A DNA stretch of 47,452 nucleotides from an uncultured Ignavibacteriaceae bacterium (GCA_964372545.1 CAYJSZ010000002.1:1-47452), one strand, 5' to 3'. Counted from the stretch's first letter, positions 18,016 through 27,705 are shown. Numbers and translations: made by a program. The notes: generated by a model not told the origin, from the sequence alone.

Positions 18016-18068
18016 CCCCTCCTAGTTACCTTGCTTGTCCCTTCATTATTGGCTACATTCGTGTTGGC

Positions 18069-19943
18069 ATGCGCATTCCGGACGAGAAGATAGAAGAAAT
18101 CAGAACGGCGAACGACATTGTGGAAGTGATTTCCGCGCACGCGCCCCTGAAAAAGCGCGGCAAGAACTACATCGGACTGTGCCCGTTCCATCAGGAAAAA
18201 ACCCCCTCCTTTACCGTGAGTGCGGATAAGCAGATGTATCATTGCTTCGGTTGCGGAAGGGGCGGGAATATTTTCACGTTTGTCATGGAGTTTGAGAAAG
18301 TCTCGTTTGTCGAGGCCGTTCGTTCACTGGCGCAACGGGCAGGAATCGCAATCCCGGAAACAGAGGCTCAGTACGAGCAGTCGAGTGAGATCGAGAATCT
18401 CTACAACGCCTGTCGTTTTGCAGGACTGGTCTTTTATGCGAATCTCACCAAGACCGACGAAGGCAGAGCAGCGCTCGAATATTTCCACGAGCGCGGCTTT
18501 TCTGATGAGACAATTCGCACATTCGGTTTGGGGTATTCGCTGAACTCGTGGGAGAACCTGCTGCTGAAGGCAAACGAAGAAGGCATCTCGACAGAGTATC
18601 TACTGAAAGCAGGTCTCGTTCGAGCACGAGACGACGGCTCGGGCTATTATGATTATTTTCGCGGGCGAGCGATGTTCCCAATTTTTTCAACGACCGGGCG
18701 TGTGGTCGGTTTTGGGGCGAGAAAAATCCGTGAAGATGACCCAATTGAGGGAAAATACATAAACTCTCCGGAAACGCCGGTCTATAATAAGAGCCGAATT
18801 CTCTTCGGCCTCTTTCAGGCCAAAGATGCCATCCGCACAGAAAACAGCGCTCTGATGGTCGAGGGTTACGCCGATCTCATCTCGTTATTTCAAGCCGGGT
18901 TTCAGAATGTGGTCGCGTCGAGCGGGACGGCGCTGACCGTCGAGCAGCTCCAGCTCATTGGCCGCTACACGAAGAACCTGACACTTGTCTACGATGCCGA
19001 TAGCGCCGGCTCTCAGGCGACGTTGCGTGGCGTCGATTTGGCGCTGGAACAAAACCTCGACATAACAATCGTTGAATTGCCGCAGGGGGAAGACCCCGAT
19101 TCGTTTGTCCGGAAGCAAGGCGCAAAAGCATTCCGTGCACTGCTGGATGGTGCCGTTTCGTTCATCGACTATAAAGCAAGGCAATTCCTGAACGCAGGCA
19201 GATTAACAACACCGGAGGGACAGACAGAAAGCGTCCGGTCAATCGTTCAATCCATCGGCAGGATGAAGGACGAACTGAAGAGAAACTTCTACATTAAGCA
19301 TGTCGCCGAGAAGTACGAGATCTACGAATCGGTGCTGTACCGTGAGCTGGAGCTGACGTTGGAGAAGGAGAAGCGCATACGACGGGGAATTCCCGATGCA
19401 CAGCGCGTGCCGGCCTACGATGCTCAGGTCTCCGAAGTAACCCCTTCGCGAAAAAAAGAAATTCCAGCAGCTGAACGCGACATCCTGAAGTTGTTCCTCG
19501 AAGGAACTCCGGACCTCATCGGTTACGTTACATCGTTTATTTCCCCGGAAGAGCTTGTGGACGATCGCGTCAGGAAAGCGGTTGTTTTTATACTGGAACG
19601 ACTCGAAGGAACCGGCACCGCTTTTCCGGCGGCGATCATCAACGAGGTCGAAGATGTCGAGTTGAAGAGCCTGATTTCCGACCTTGCGTTGAGCAAATAC
19701 GAGTTAAGCAAGGGGTGGGCAGAAATGGAAGTCGAGATCGAAGAGCCGGATCCGTGGAAGATCGCCCGAGATTCGATCGTTGCTATCAAGCGGCAGGCAA
19801 TCCAACGGGAGATCGAGCAGAACCAGCGGCGCTTGAAAGACGCATCGCAGCACGGTGAGGATATTGCTACTCTCGTTCATCGACACCAGGATCTGCTCCA
19901 GCGGCTCAAGGGAATCGAATCGACCGAGTTCCTGAAAACTTGA
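18069..19943 (+). CDS. dnaG: DNA primase
   Basis: CHC2 zinc finger CPFHQEKTPSFTVSADKQMYHCFGCGRGGN is present, with TOPRIM segments EGYADLISL and VYDADSAG. The gene is 624 aa. Confidence 0.9.
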   Translation: MRIPDEKIEEIRTANDIVEVISAHAPLKKRGKNYIGLCPFHQEKTPSFTVSADKQMYHCFGCGRGGNIFTFVMEFEKVSFVEAVRSLAQRAGIAIPETEAQYEQSSEIENLYNACRFAGLVFYANLTKTDEGRAALEYFHERGFSDETIRTFGLGYSLNSWENLLLKANEEGISTEYLLKAGLVRARDDGSGYYDYFRGRAMFPIFSTTGRVVGFGARKIREDDPIEGKYINSPETPVYNKSRILFGLFQAKDAIRTENSALMVEGYADLISLFQAGFQNVVASSGTALTVEQLQLIGRYTKNLTLVYDADSAGSQATLRGVDLALEQNLDITIVELPQGEDPDSFVRKQGAKAFRALLDGAVSFIDYKARQFLNAGRLTTPEGQTESVRSIVQSIGRMKDELKRNFYIKHVAEKYEIYESVLYRELELTLEKEKRIRRGIPDAQRVPAYDAQVSEVTPSRKKEIPAAERDILKLFLEGTPDLIGYVTSFISPEELVDDRVRKAVVFILERLEGTGTAFPAAIINEVEDVELKSLISDLALSKYELSKGWAEMEVEIEEPDPWKIARDSIVAIKRQAIQREIEQNQRRLKDASQHGEDIATLVHRHQDLLQRLKGIESTEFLKT

Positions 19944-20064
19944 AATCTTGGGTGATGCAAGTCTCGCCGTTTGCTCGTTTCATTGCATTTCAGACGATCT
20001 GTTTCTATTTTTGATGCAACGGCACATCCCCCTGAACGGGGGACTTTCATCTGTGAAGGATCCC

Positions 20065-20301
20065 ATGCCTCGTAATGCGCCATTGATGATTCACATCGTT
20101 CCCGGCAAATGCGACTTTTGCGGTTGCTGCGTCGGAGTGTGCCCCGAGGATGCCATCGAGCTGATGGAATCGGAAATTCGGATTATCGACGAGCGCTGCA
20201 CGAATTGTCGCAAGTGCGTGTGGGGATGTCCGTGGGAAGTGATCGAGTTTCATCGAGAGGGAGTAGACCATTTACCGAAGGCTGTGGTTCTTTCACCTTG
20301 A
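20065..20301 (+). CDS. 2x[4Fe-4S] ferredoxin
   Basis: Two CxxCxxCxxxCP motifs are present: CDFCGCCVGVCP and CTNCRKCVWGCP. The start is ATG 20065 or 20086. The tracked ORF extension back to 19948 has no coding character. Confidence 0.75.
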   Translation: MPRNAPLMIHIVPGKCDFCGCCVGVCPEDAIELMESEIRIIDERCTNCRKCVWGCPWEVIEFHREGVDHLPKAVVLSP

Positions 20302-20403
20302 TGTTCTCAATCAGCGCGAATGTGGTGAGAATGAAATTCTCTGAAGGTGGTCGATCATCGAAACGCGAACGCTCAGGGAAGCGACAAAACATTGAAACGG
20401 GGT

Positions 20404-21262
20404 ATGTGGATGAAGAGGCTTGCTCTACAAAGGAGAGAGCGGTACGATACGCCGGCCCGTGTATCGGTCTTAAGAATCGCTTTGGCCATTACGGTTGCCT
20501 GTTTGTTGCACCTGCAACCGGACTTCTCCCAAAACCTCGGCGCCATTGTTGCCAAAGTCGACACGATCTGGAGTCCCGGCAATTCCAGCCGGATCGTACC
20601 TATGTCAAATGCGCAATCCGCATTCACGAGCGCTGAGCTAACAGCTGTCAATGGTTTTTTCCAGAGCAGCGGCAGTACCTTTCTTCTCGGGAGCGGCGCC
20701 TTGTGGCTTGCGACGCATCCCGGCTCGACGCTCGACCAGTATCCCATGAATCAGATTGGGTCCCTGTGTGGTTATCGTTGGATTGACGGTCTAATTGTTG
20801 ACCCCGTGCATAATTCGAACGGGCGACTGCTCTTTCTCTGTTTCTATCCAGCCGTGGAGCTCCAATCATTCCCGAACGCCTTGGCTTTTATTGACTCCGT
20901 TGCGACTGCGTACCCTACCAACATCCGACAACAAAGGGAACGTCACAGCCGTCAATTCGAGCGTCACATCGGTAGAACATCGTTCCTCCGCCGATCTTCC
21001 CACCGAGTATGAGCTCGAACCAAGCTATCCCAAGGCGTTCAACGGGTCGACGTTCATCCGTTATCGACTTCCCTCCCGGTTCTATGTCTCACTTACCGTC
21101 CATAACCTGTTGGGGGAGAAAATCGAAACGCTGTTCGAGGGAAACCAGGAAGCGGGAAGTCATTCACTTCAATGGAACACCAACCACCCGAGCTCGGTCT
21201 ATTTCTGTCGTTTGCAGGCAGAAGGCGTGGTTCGTGTACGAAAATTGATCCTTCTCAAGTAA
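20404..21262 (+). pseudogene. T9SS C-terminal-sorting-domain secreted protein, disrupted by a frameshift near 20915-20935
   Basis: The N-terminal part reads in the 20347 frame, starting MWMKRLAL with a signal-like segment. The C-terminal part reads in the 20795 frame and ends in a typical Por/T9SS CTD (LPTEYELEPSYPKAFNGSTFIRYRLP...VYFCRLQAEGVVRVRKLILLK). After AYPTNI the first frame degenerates to RQQRERHSRQ. Confidence 0.6.
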
Positions 21263-21263
21263 G

Positions 21264-22436
21264 ATGGCTCTGAGAGATATATATGACGTTATCGTTGTCG
21301 GTGCGGGTCCGGCTGGCTCGACGGCAGCGCGGTATGCCGCGGCCGGGGGCGCTTCGGTGTTGATGCTGGAGAAAGACCGCGACGTCGGCTATCCTGTTCG
21401 CTGCGGCGAGGCTGTGAGTCATGAGGGCGTCGTTCAATTCATCGAGCCGGATCCGAAATGGATTGCGACGACAGTGACGCGGTTTCGCATCTTTGGTCCA
21501 AATCGAAAGCATGTCATTCCGCGCTTAGATGGCATTGGCTATGTCCTTGAGCGCCGAATCTTCGATTACGAGTTGGCCAAGGTTGCAGCACGCGCAGGAG
21601 CAGAGGTCATCACCAAAGCGTACGTCTACGATTTGATCAGGTCAAACGGACGGGTCGAAGGTGTTCGAGCGTTGATCAAAGATGAGAAAGTCGAGATTCA
21701 CGGCAAAGTCGTCATTGGTGCCGACGGTGTAGAAAGTCGTGTTGGGAAATGGGCTGGCATCGACACCACGTGTCATATTCGCGACATGGAAAGTTGTGCG
21801 CAGGTGACCCTCACCGGCGTTGAGGTGGAAGAAGACATCCTCGACTTTTACTTTGGTGAAAATGTGGCGCCGGGCGGGTACTTATGGGTATTTCCGAAAG
21901 GAAAGGATTCTGCCAATGTAGGTTTGGGCGTGAGTGTGGAGCAAGCAAAGAAGAAGGCTGCGATCAAGTATCTTGAAGAGTTTATTGAACAAGAATTCCC
22001 GGGCGCAGCCATCTTAACGAGAATTGCAGGAGGAGTACCCTGTGCGAAGACCTGTGATGAAATCGTCAAGAACAACGTCTTGTTAGTTGGCGATGCAGCC
22101 CACCAAGTCAACCCTCTGACCGGTGGCGGCATCATTACTGGCATGATCGGTGGGATGATCGCTGGCCAAGTTGCAGCAGAGGCAATTGGCAAGAATGATC
22201 TGCGCCATCTTCGAGAGTACGAAAGGCGCTGGCACAAGCGTCTCGGCTGGCGACATGAGGTCTTTTACAACATTAAAGAAGCGATTTCTCAATTCTCGGA
22301 TGACACGTTGAACAAACTTTGCGAAAGCGGCTCAAGGCTGCCAGAAGAAAAACGAACAGTCGGAGGAATTTTTCGAACCGCGCTCTGGAATCAGCCGTCG
22401 ATGTTGTTGGATGTCGCCCGCGTATTTGTTTCTTAA
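21264..22436 (+). CDS. Geranylgeranyl reductase family FAD-dependent oxidoreductase
   Basis: FAD-binding fold YDVIVVGAGPAGSTAARYAA is present, with VRCGEAV and LLVGDAAHQVNPLTGGGI, typical of GGR/ChlP-type reductases. Confidence 0.85.
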   Translation: MALRDIYDVIVVGAGPAGSTAARYAAAGGASVLMLEKDRDVGYPVRCGEAVSHEGVVQFIEPDPKWIATTVTRFRIFGPNRKHVIPRLDGIGYVLERRIFDYELAKVAARAGAEVITKAYVYDLIRSNGRVEGVRALIKDEKVEIHGKVVIGADGVESRVGKWAGIDTTCHIRDMESCAQVTLTGVEVEEDILDFYFGENVAPGGYLWVFPKGKDSANVGLGVSVEQAKKKAAIKYLEEFIEQEFPGAAILTRIAGGVPCAKTCDEIVKNNVLLVGDAAHQVNPLTGGGIITGMIGGMIAGQVAAEAIGKNDLRHLREYERRWHKRLGWRHEVFYNIKEAISQFSDDTLNKLCESGSRLPEEKRTVGGIFRTALWNQPSMLLDVARVFVS

Positions 22437-22537
22437 GCCGAACTTTCGTATCCTCAGGAGAGCATGTAGATGCGTCGGGGGGAATTCTGATACAGGTCCG
22501 CCCCGTGGTGTACGTGGTGAGCGAACAGAGGACCCCT

Positions 22538-22577
22538 GAATCCCTGCGAAGAACCTTCGCGGGGATTCTTCGTTTTT
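22538..22577 (+). terminator. Rho-independent terminator after the reductase gene
   Basis: The hairpin is gaatccctgcgaag-aac-cttcgcggggattc, a 14-bp stem with 13 Watson-Crick pairs and 1 G-U. It is followed by ttcgttttt. Confidence 0.65.
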
Positions 22578-22678
22578 GGACGTGCACCAGCAACTCCTTG
22601 CGATTATTGTTAACCGGTGTCTTTGGCAAGACGCAACAACTCCAAACAATTCTTTCAGCACAACGAAAGGCATGAAGG

Positions 22679-23308
22679 GTGGCGACGGTGCTTGAAAAAC
22701 TGGAACGTGCTTCACGAGGTTCTATCCTCCTGCTCGGTTTCCTTCTCAGCGGAATTCTCGGGTTGGTTGATTACTGGACCGGATGGGAGATCTCCTTTTC
22801 CATTTTCTATTTGTTGCCGATTCTCTTCGTTACCTCCTACGCAGGCCGCTCACCGGGCCTGATTGTCTCCTTCGCTTGTGCAATCACATGGCTTATCGCC
22901 GACAGGATGCTCGGTACCCTGTATTCGAAACCCATCATTCCGTATTGGAATGCGTTCATGCGTCTTGGCTTTTTTGCTGTCGTCGTGTATTACGCATCAT
23001 CGTGGAGAATGCTCGTACAAACACTGGGACGGCAAGTCCATGAACGAACAGCATCCTTGACGACGGAGATCGCCGAGCGCAAACGAGTGGAGGATGAATT
23101 TCGCACCGTACTTTCAGACATCAAGACTCTCAGCGGCCTGCTACCCATCTGTTCTTCGTGTAAACGGATCCGGGAGGATGACGGCTCCTGGCATCAGCTC
23201 GAAGCGTACATCATCGGGCACTCCGAAGCTCAGTTCACACACGGCCTCTGTCCCGACTGTTTAGAACGGGTCTATCCAGAATTTTCCGGAAAAAAGAGAG
23301 AAGGATAG
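22679..23308 (+). CDS. Membrane sensor-like protein: 4-TM N-terminal domain, coiled-coil linker, C-terminal Cys/His-rich module
   Basis: Four hydrophobic helices occupy residues ~15-110. A charged helical linker (TEIAERKRVEDEFRTV) follows. The C-terminus is LLPICSSCKRIREDDGSWHQLEAYIIGHSEAQFTHGLCPDCLERVYPEF (CxxC...H...H...H..CxxC). The start codon is GTG. Confidence 0.6.
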   Translation: MATVLEKLERASRGSILLLGFLLSGILGLVDYWTGWEISFSIFYLLPILFVTSYAGRSPGLIVSFACAITWLIADRMLGTLYSKPIIPYWNAFMRLGFFAVVVYYASSWRMLVQTLGRQVHERTASLTTEIAERKRVEDEFRTVLSDIKTLSGLLPICSSCKRIREDDGSWHQLEAYIIGHSEAQFTHGLCPDCLERVYPEFSGKKREG

Positions 23309-23412
23309 CATCCACGATTCGCGGTTCAGCAGAGGTTCTCCGACCGCTATTCCTTTCCTTGCACCTCATGACACCTTCCTGTATATTGATTCAACAAATT
23401 TCTTTCTGAAGT

Positions 23413-24474
23413 GTGGCGCAACCTCAATTTCACAACGTTCTTCTCTGTCGGATTGACCGTATCGGCGATGTTGTTCTTTCGCTCCCGATGATCTCAGTCC
23501 TTCGTTCGAATGCCCCTTCTGCTCAAATCTCATTCTTGATTCGCTCGTACACAAAAGAAATTGTCGAAGGTCATCCGGATCTCAACACGATACTTCGTTA
23601 CGACCTTGCAGGAGAGCCTAAGCCGTTTTTCACCATGCTGGCAGAGCTCCGGGTACACCGGTTCGACCTTGCGGTCCTTGCCTACCCGACGTTCCGTCTT
23701 GCCCTGCTTCTGTTTCTTGCCGGTATTCCGACGCGCGTCGGGACAGGCTATCGCTGGTACTCGTTTTTGTTGAATCGCAGGGTGTATGAGCACCGCAAGA
23801 CGGCGGAAAAGCACGAGTTAGAATACAATCTTTCGCTGCTCAAAGCGCTCGGCTATTCGTTTGACGCGTATCCCAAACCAACGCTGTCGCTTTCCGACCA
23901 TGATATTGCCGTTGCCGGACAAACGCGTCGGAGGTTAGGACTCCTGCTCGAGGACCGGGTGGTCGTTCTGCACCCGGGCAGTGGAGGATCTGCAAGAGAA
24001 TGGAGCGCGCGTAATTTTGGCCTGTTGGCGCGAGAGCTTCGGGAAAAGAAGTACAAAGTTGTGGTGACAGGCGGACCGGGCGAGGAGGAGCTTGTGTCCT
24101 CTGTTGTCCGGGTAGCTGGCGACGGTGTGTTTCCGCTCGCCGGTCGAATAACGCTCAAGCAGCTCGCGGCTTTTTTCTCGAGCGTTCATCTCTTCATCTC
24201 CAATTCGACCGGCCCACTGCACATTGCGGCCGCCGTGGGGATACCCGTGATTGCCTTCTATCCTCCCATTCGAGCGTGCAGTCCTGAGCGGTGGGGGCCG
24301 TATACAGAGGAGAAAGTGGTGTTTGTCCCGGACGAAAACAAATGCCCTCGATGCCATGGCGGGCCATGCCAGGGGAATGATTGCATGGATCAAATCTCCG
24401 TAAGCAAGGTGGTCGGGGAAGTGGACAGGATACTTTCGAAACATCGAGAGCAATTAGAGAGGGAGCGGTCGTGA
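23413..24474 (+). CDS. Glycosyltransferase family 9 (LPS heptosyltransferase-like)
   Basis: GT9 pattern is present: ILLCRIDRIGDVVLSLP, VVLHPGSGGSAREW and ISNSTGPLHIAAAVGIPVIAFY. The start codon is GTG. Confidence 0.8.
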   Translation: MAQPQFHNVLLCRIDRIGDVVLSLPMISVLRSNAPSAQISFLIRSYTKEIVEGHPDLNTILRYDLAGEPKPFFTMLAELRVHRFDLAVLAYPTFRLALLLFLAGIPTRVGTGYRWYSFLLNRRVYEHRKTAEKHELEYNLSLLKALGYSFDAYPKPTLSLSDHDIAVAGQTRRRLGLLLEDRVVVLHPGSGGSAREWSARNFGLLARELREKKYKVVVTGGPGEEELVSSVVRVAGDGVFPLAGRITLKQLAAFFSSVHLFISNSTGPLHIAAAVGIPVIAFYPPIRACSPERWGPYTEEKVVFVPDENKCPRCHGGPCQGNDCMDQISVSKVVGEVDRILSKHREQLERERS

Positions 24475-25280
24475 GGAGGTCACTGTTCACCGTGATGCTC
24501 TGCGTGTCTGTCGCGGGCGTTGATTCGGTCGCGCAGGATTCTCTGAACAACCGGGTTGACACGCCAATGCTGCGGTCGGTGCGGAACACCGCATTCTCCG
24601 TCGGTGAGCGGCTGGTCTTCGATGTCGGCTTTAGTTTCATCAAAGCCGGAGAAGCGGTCTTTGAGATTCCACAAATCGACTCGGTCAACGGCCGCCCCAG
24701 CTATCGGATACGGTTTAGCGTCAACTCCACGCCATCATTCTCGTGGATTTATCGGGTCGAAGACCGCTATGAAACTTCTGTCGATGTCGACGGAGTTTTC
24801 CCGTGGCGCTTTTCGCAGCAAATCCGCGAAGGAAAATATAAGCGTGACTTCCAGGCAGAATTTGACCAAATTAAGAACGTCGCCCGCACGACGGAAGGTA
24901 TTTTCCCGATTCCACCGTACGTGCAGGACATAGTCTCGGCGTTTTACTACACCCGCACGGTCGATTTTTCCGGCTACGCGGTAGGGCAGCTTTTTTCCAT
25001 GCAACATTTCTATAAAGATTCCTCCCGCACCCTTGCAGTCAAATTTCGCGGGCGGCAACGAATCAAGGTCGATGCGGGCACGTTCAATTGCATTATCGTC
25101 GAGCCGATGGTTCAGGAGGGCGGTCTCTTTAAGAGTGAAGGACGGCTGCTCGTCTGGATGACGGATGACGAACGGAAAATCCCCGTGAAGGTCAGCACGA
25201 AGGTCGTCGTCGGCTCCATCGATGCGGAATTGCGGGAGTACTCCGGCATCGACGGTCCCATACGGGCAAAGGTAAAGTGA
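24471..25280 (+). CDS. DUF3108-like secreted protein
   Basis: GTG 24471 overlaps the GT9 stop (GTGA). The signal peptide is RRSLFTVMLCVSVAGVDSVAQ. GERLVFDVGFSFIKAGEAVFEI and a beta-rich body resemble DUF3108. Confidence 0.6.
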   Translation: MRRSLFTVMLCVSVAGVDSVAQDSLNNRVDTPMLRSVRNTAFSVGERLVFDVGFSFIKAGEAVFEIPQIDSVNGRPSYRIRFSVNSTPSFSWIYRVEDRYETSVDVDGVFPWRFSQQIREGKYKRDFQAEFDQIKNVARTTEGIFPIPPYVQDIVSAFYYTRTVDFSGYAVGQLFSMQHFYKDSSRTLAVKFRGRQRIKVDAGTFNCIIVEPMVQEGGLFKSEGRLLVWMTDDERKIPVKVSTKVVVGSIDAELREYSGIDGPIRAKVK

Positions 25281-25326
25281 CTCACATGGGTGCGTCAATG
25301 ATCGCATCCGCAAGAATCGCACTACG

Positions 25327-26280
25327 ATGTCAAAATTCAAGCAGATAGATTTATCCCGGATCAAGACGATCTCTATCCGCGAGCGCAAAAGCAAAGTCTC
25401 GCAGAAAGACTTCGCGCGTCCGGTAGACCCTCACAAGAATACTGTGGCAACGTTTCTCGATTCATTGCCGCACATCCTCGTTGGAAACGATCTGCGCGAG
25501 CTTGTGGACGATATCGTTCGATCTCGCAAGCGAAAGAAGCCGGTCATTCTGATGATGGGCGCGCACGTTATCAAGGTAGGCATGTCGCCCATCATCATCG
25601 ACCTTCTGAAGCATGGTGTCGTGACGCACGTTGCCATGAATAGCGCAGCAGCGATCCACGATGTCGAAACGGCGATGTGGGGGCAGACGTCGGAAGATGT
25701 GGCGGTGAACATGTTGGACGGAAAATTTGGCATGGCGCGGGAGACCGGAGAGTTCATCAATAAGGCGCTTGTGAAGGCAATGACAGAGTCGTCGGAGGGG
25801 TATGGCGAGGCGCTTGCCAAGAAGCTCCTTGCCTTGAAAGCTCCTCACAAAAAGGTCAGCATTCTTGTGAACTGCTACAATCTTGTTGTTCCCGTGACGG
25901 TCCACGCGGCCATCGGCACGGACATCGTGCACCAGCAGCCGACAATGGATGGCGCTGCGACGGGGGAGATGAGCTTTCGGGATTTCAAGATTCTGGCCAA
26001 CGGTGTGAAGGAGTTGAAACAAGGGGGAGTGGTCCTAAACATCGGGTCAGCAGTCATTCTGCCGGAAGTGTTTCTGAAGGCCCTTACCGTCGCTCGGAAC
26101 TTAGGCCACCGGGCGCAGGGATTCTCGACCGCAAATTTTGATATGATTCGCCACTACCGTCCACAAGTCAATGTCGTCGAACGTCCCACGCTGAAGCATG
26201 GCCGGGGGTTCAACTTCGTCGGCCACCATGAGATCATGGTACCTCTGCTGGCGGCGATGATCAAAGCAAAGCTAGGCTGA
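25327..26280 (+). CDS. Deoxyhypusine-synthase-like (DHS-like NAD-binding fold) family protein, function unknown
   Basis: The segment order parallels DHS. VILMMGAHVIKVGMSPIIIDLLKHGVVTHVAMNSAAAIHDVE corresponds to DHS xFLGYTSNLISSGxR...VDVxVTTAGGxEED. Later segments are IPV-like VVPVTVHAAIGTD and GGVVLNIGSAVILPE. This is by-eye similarity only. Confidence 0.45.
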   Translation: MSKFKQIDLSRIKTISIRERKSKVSQKDFARPVDPHKNTVATFLDSLPHILVGNDLRELVDDIVRSRKRKKPVILMMGAHVIKVGMSPIIIDLLKHGVVTHVAMNSAAAIHDVETAMWGQTSEDVAVNMLDGKFGMARETGEFINKALVKAMTESSEGYGEALAKKLLALKAPHKKVSILVNCYNLVVPVTVHAAIGTDIVHQQPTMDGAATGEMSFRDFKILANGVKELKQGGVVLNIGSAVILPEVFLKALTVARNLGHRAQGFSTANFDMIRHYRPQVNVVERPTLKHGRGFNFVGHHEIMVPLLAAMIKAKLG

Positions 26281-26288
26281 ACTCTTGC

Positions 26289-27233
26289 ATGTCGGAAGAC
26301 TCCCAACATACGGCATCCGTCGAACAGCCGGCGCAGTTCCCGCTTTCGTTTGTCGAGCGCAATAACATTCACCCGATCATTTTTGCCATCGGCTGTTTGT
26401 TCGTCATTTTCGTGCTGTACCAGCTTGTGGCCGGCACGATTACGGTGCTGGTCATGGGCGGCGCGAGGATCACGCGCGAAAATGTCTTTTCGACGCGGTT
26501 GTTCACCATGGTGGGCCAGATTCTCTTCATCTTCGGACCTTCCCTTCTCTTTGCGCGTCTCTTAAGCGTACGCCTTACCGATGTGTTCCAATGGCGCATC
26601 CCGACGGCGAGGGAAACGATCTATGCGTTGCTCGGTCTTGTCTGGCTTCAACAGATTTTTCAGATTTATCTTTTCTTTCAGGAACGCATTCCGCTTCCCG
26701 ATGCCGTCAAGCAACTGGTCGACCCGCTGAAACAAATGATGGAGGAGATGTTCAAGGGGTTGGTGACGGCGCAGAGTATTCCCGAGCTTGCGTTCGTCTT
26801 GCTGGTTGTTGCGTTCGTGCCGGCGATTGTGGAGGAGCTCCTCTTTCGTGGTGTCATTCAGAGCACGTTCGAGCGCCTTGTCACCCCCCTTCGCGCCGCT
26901 CTCATTACCGGGATGATCTTCGGCCTCTTCCACTTCAACCCGTTTGCTGTGCTGCCCCTCATCGGTTTGGGATGTTACTTTGGGTTTCTCCGCGCCCGGT
27001 CGCACAGCATCGTTCTCCCGATGACGGCGCACTTCCTCAACAACTCTCTTGCGGTGATTGTCGCCTACTTCGGCATGGAAGAAGAGGAGCTGGTGAGCAT
27101 GGGCGTTACCGCACATCCGACGACAGCCGCCGTACTGGTTCAACTCGGGTTTTTTGTGATGCTGTTTGTTCTTTCGTTGTTGGCGTACCTGCGCGCGACG
27201 GCAGAAACGTCAGACTCTGGAAGAGGGGAGTGA
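26289..27233 (+). CDS. CPBP-family (CAAX/Rce1-like) intramembrane metalloprotease
   Basis: Motifs EELLFRGVIQ, FGLFHF and HFLNN sit in a polytopic protein. Confidence 0.8.
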   Translation: MSEDSQHTASVEQPAQFPLSFVERNNIHPIIFAIGCLFVIFVLYQLVAGTITVLVMGGARITRENVFSTRLFTMVGQILFIFGPSLLFARLLSVRLTDVFQWRIPTARETIYALLGLVWLQQIFQIYLFFQERIPLPDAVKQLVDPLKQMMEEMFKGLVTAQSIPELAFVLLVVAFVPAIVEELLFRGVIQSTFERLVTPLRAALITGMIFGLFHFNPFAVLPLIGLGCYFGFLRARSHSIVLPMTAHFLNNSLAVIVAYFGMEEEELVSMGVTAHPTTAAVLVQLGFFVMLFVLSLLAYLRATAETSDSGRGE

Positions 27234-27237
27234 GTCT

Positions 27238-27705
27238 ATGCGATGCGTACAGTGCGAGTTGCCCGTAGATCATGCTCGATCATTCTGTCTGCACTGCGGT
27301 GCGTTGCAGAGGGATCGTCTCCATGAGCCTCTTGAATGTGAACATCACGCCGGGGAATCGGCAATCGGGCTTTGCATCGTGTGCGGAAAACCGGTGTGCG
27401 GCGACTGTGCAGTAGCATCCGACGGAAGAGTCGTGTGCGACGTCGTTGACCACCGGTCAAAGGCGTCACATTGGTCGAGTATTTATAGCTCGGACTTCGT
27501 TTTCGAAAGCGAGATGATTCGGCAGAATCTCATGAATGCCGGTATCGAAGCAGACATCTTTTCGTTCGGCGACCATCTCGAAACGTTCTGGCTCCCCGAT
27601 GCACGATTCGTTCACGTGATGGTTCCAGCTCACGAGAGAGCAAAGGCTCTTGAGCTGCTCCATCAATTGCATCTGACCGATCTTTCAGACCCTACGCGAC
27701 CATGA
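27238..27705 (+). CDS. Zinc-ribbon / B-box-like Cys-rich protein with a DUF2007-like C-terminal domain
   Basis: The N-terminus has CxxC...CxxC (MRCVQCE...FCLHCG). A second cluster follows: CEHH...CIVCGKPVCGDC. The C-terminal ~75 aa resemble the putative signal-transducing DUF2007 fold. Confidence 0.5.
   Translation: MRCVQCELPVDHARSFCLHCGALQRDRLHEPLECEHHAGESAIGLCIVCGKPVCGDCAVASDGRVVCDVVDHRSKASHWSSIYSSDFVFESEMIRQNLMNAGIEADIFSFGDHLETFWLPDARFVHVMVPAHERAKALELLHQLHLTDLSDPTRP

Noticed and set aside
19948-20064. Long N-terminal extension of the ferredoxin ORF (117 aa as tracked).
   Set aside because: The extension contains a TCCCCC-tgaac-GGGGGA repeat hairpin and has no coding character. The ferredoxin fold begins right after the ATG at 20065 or 20086.
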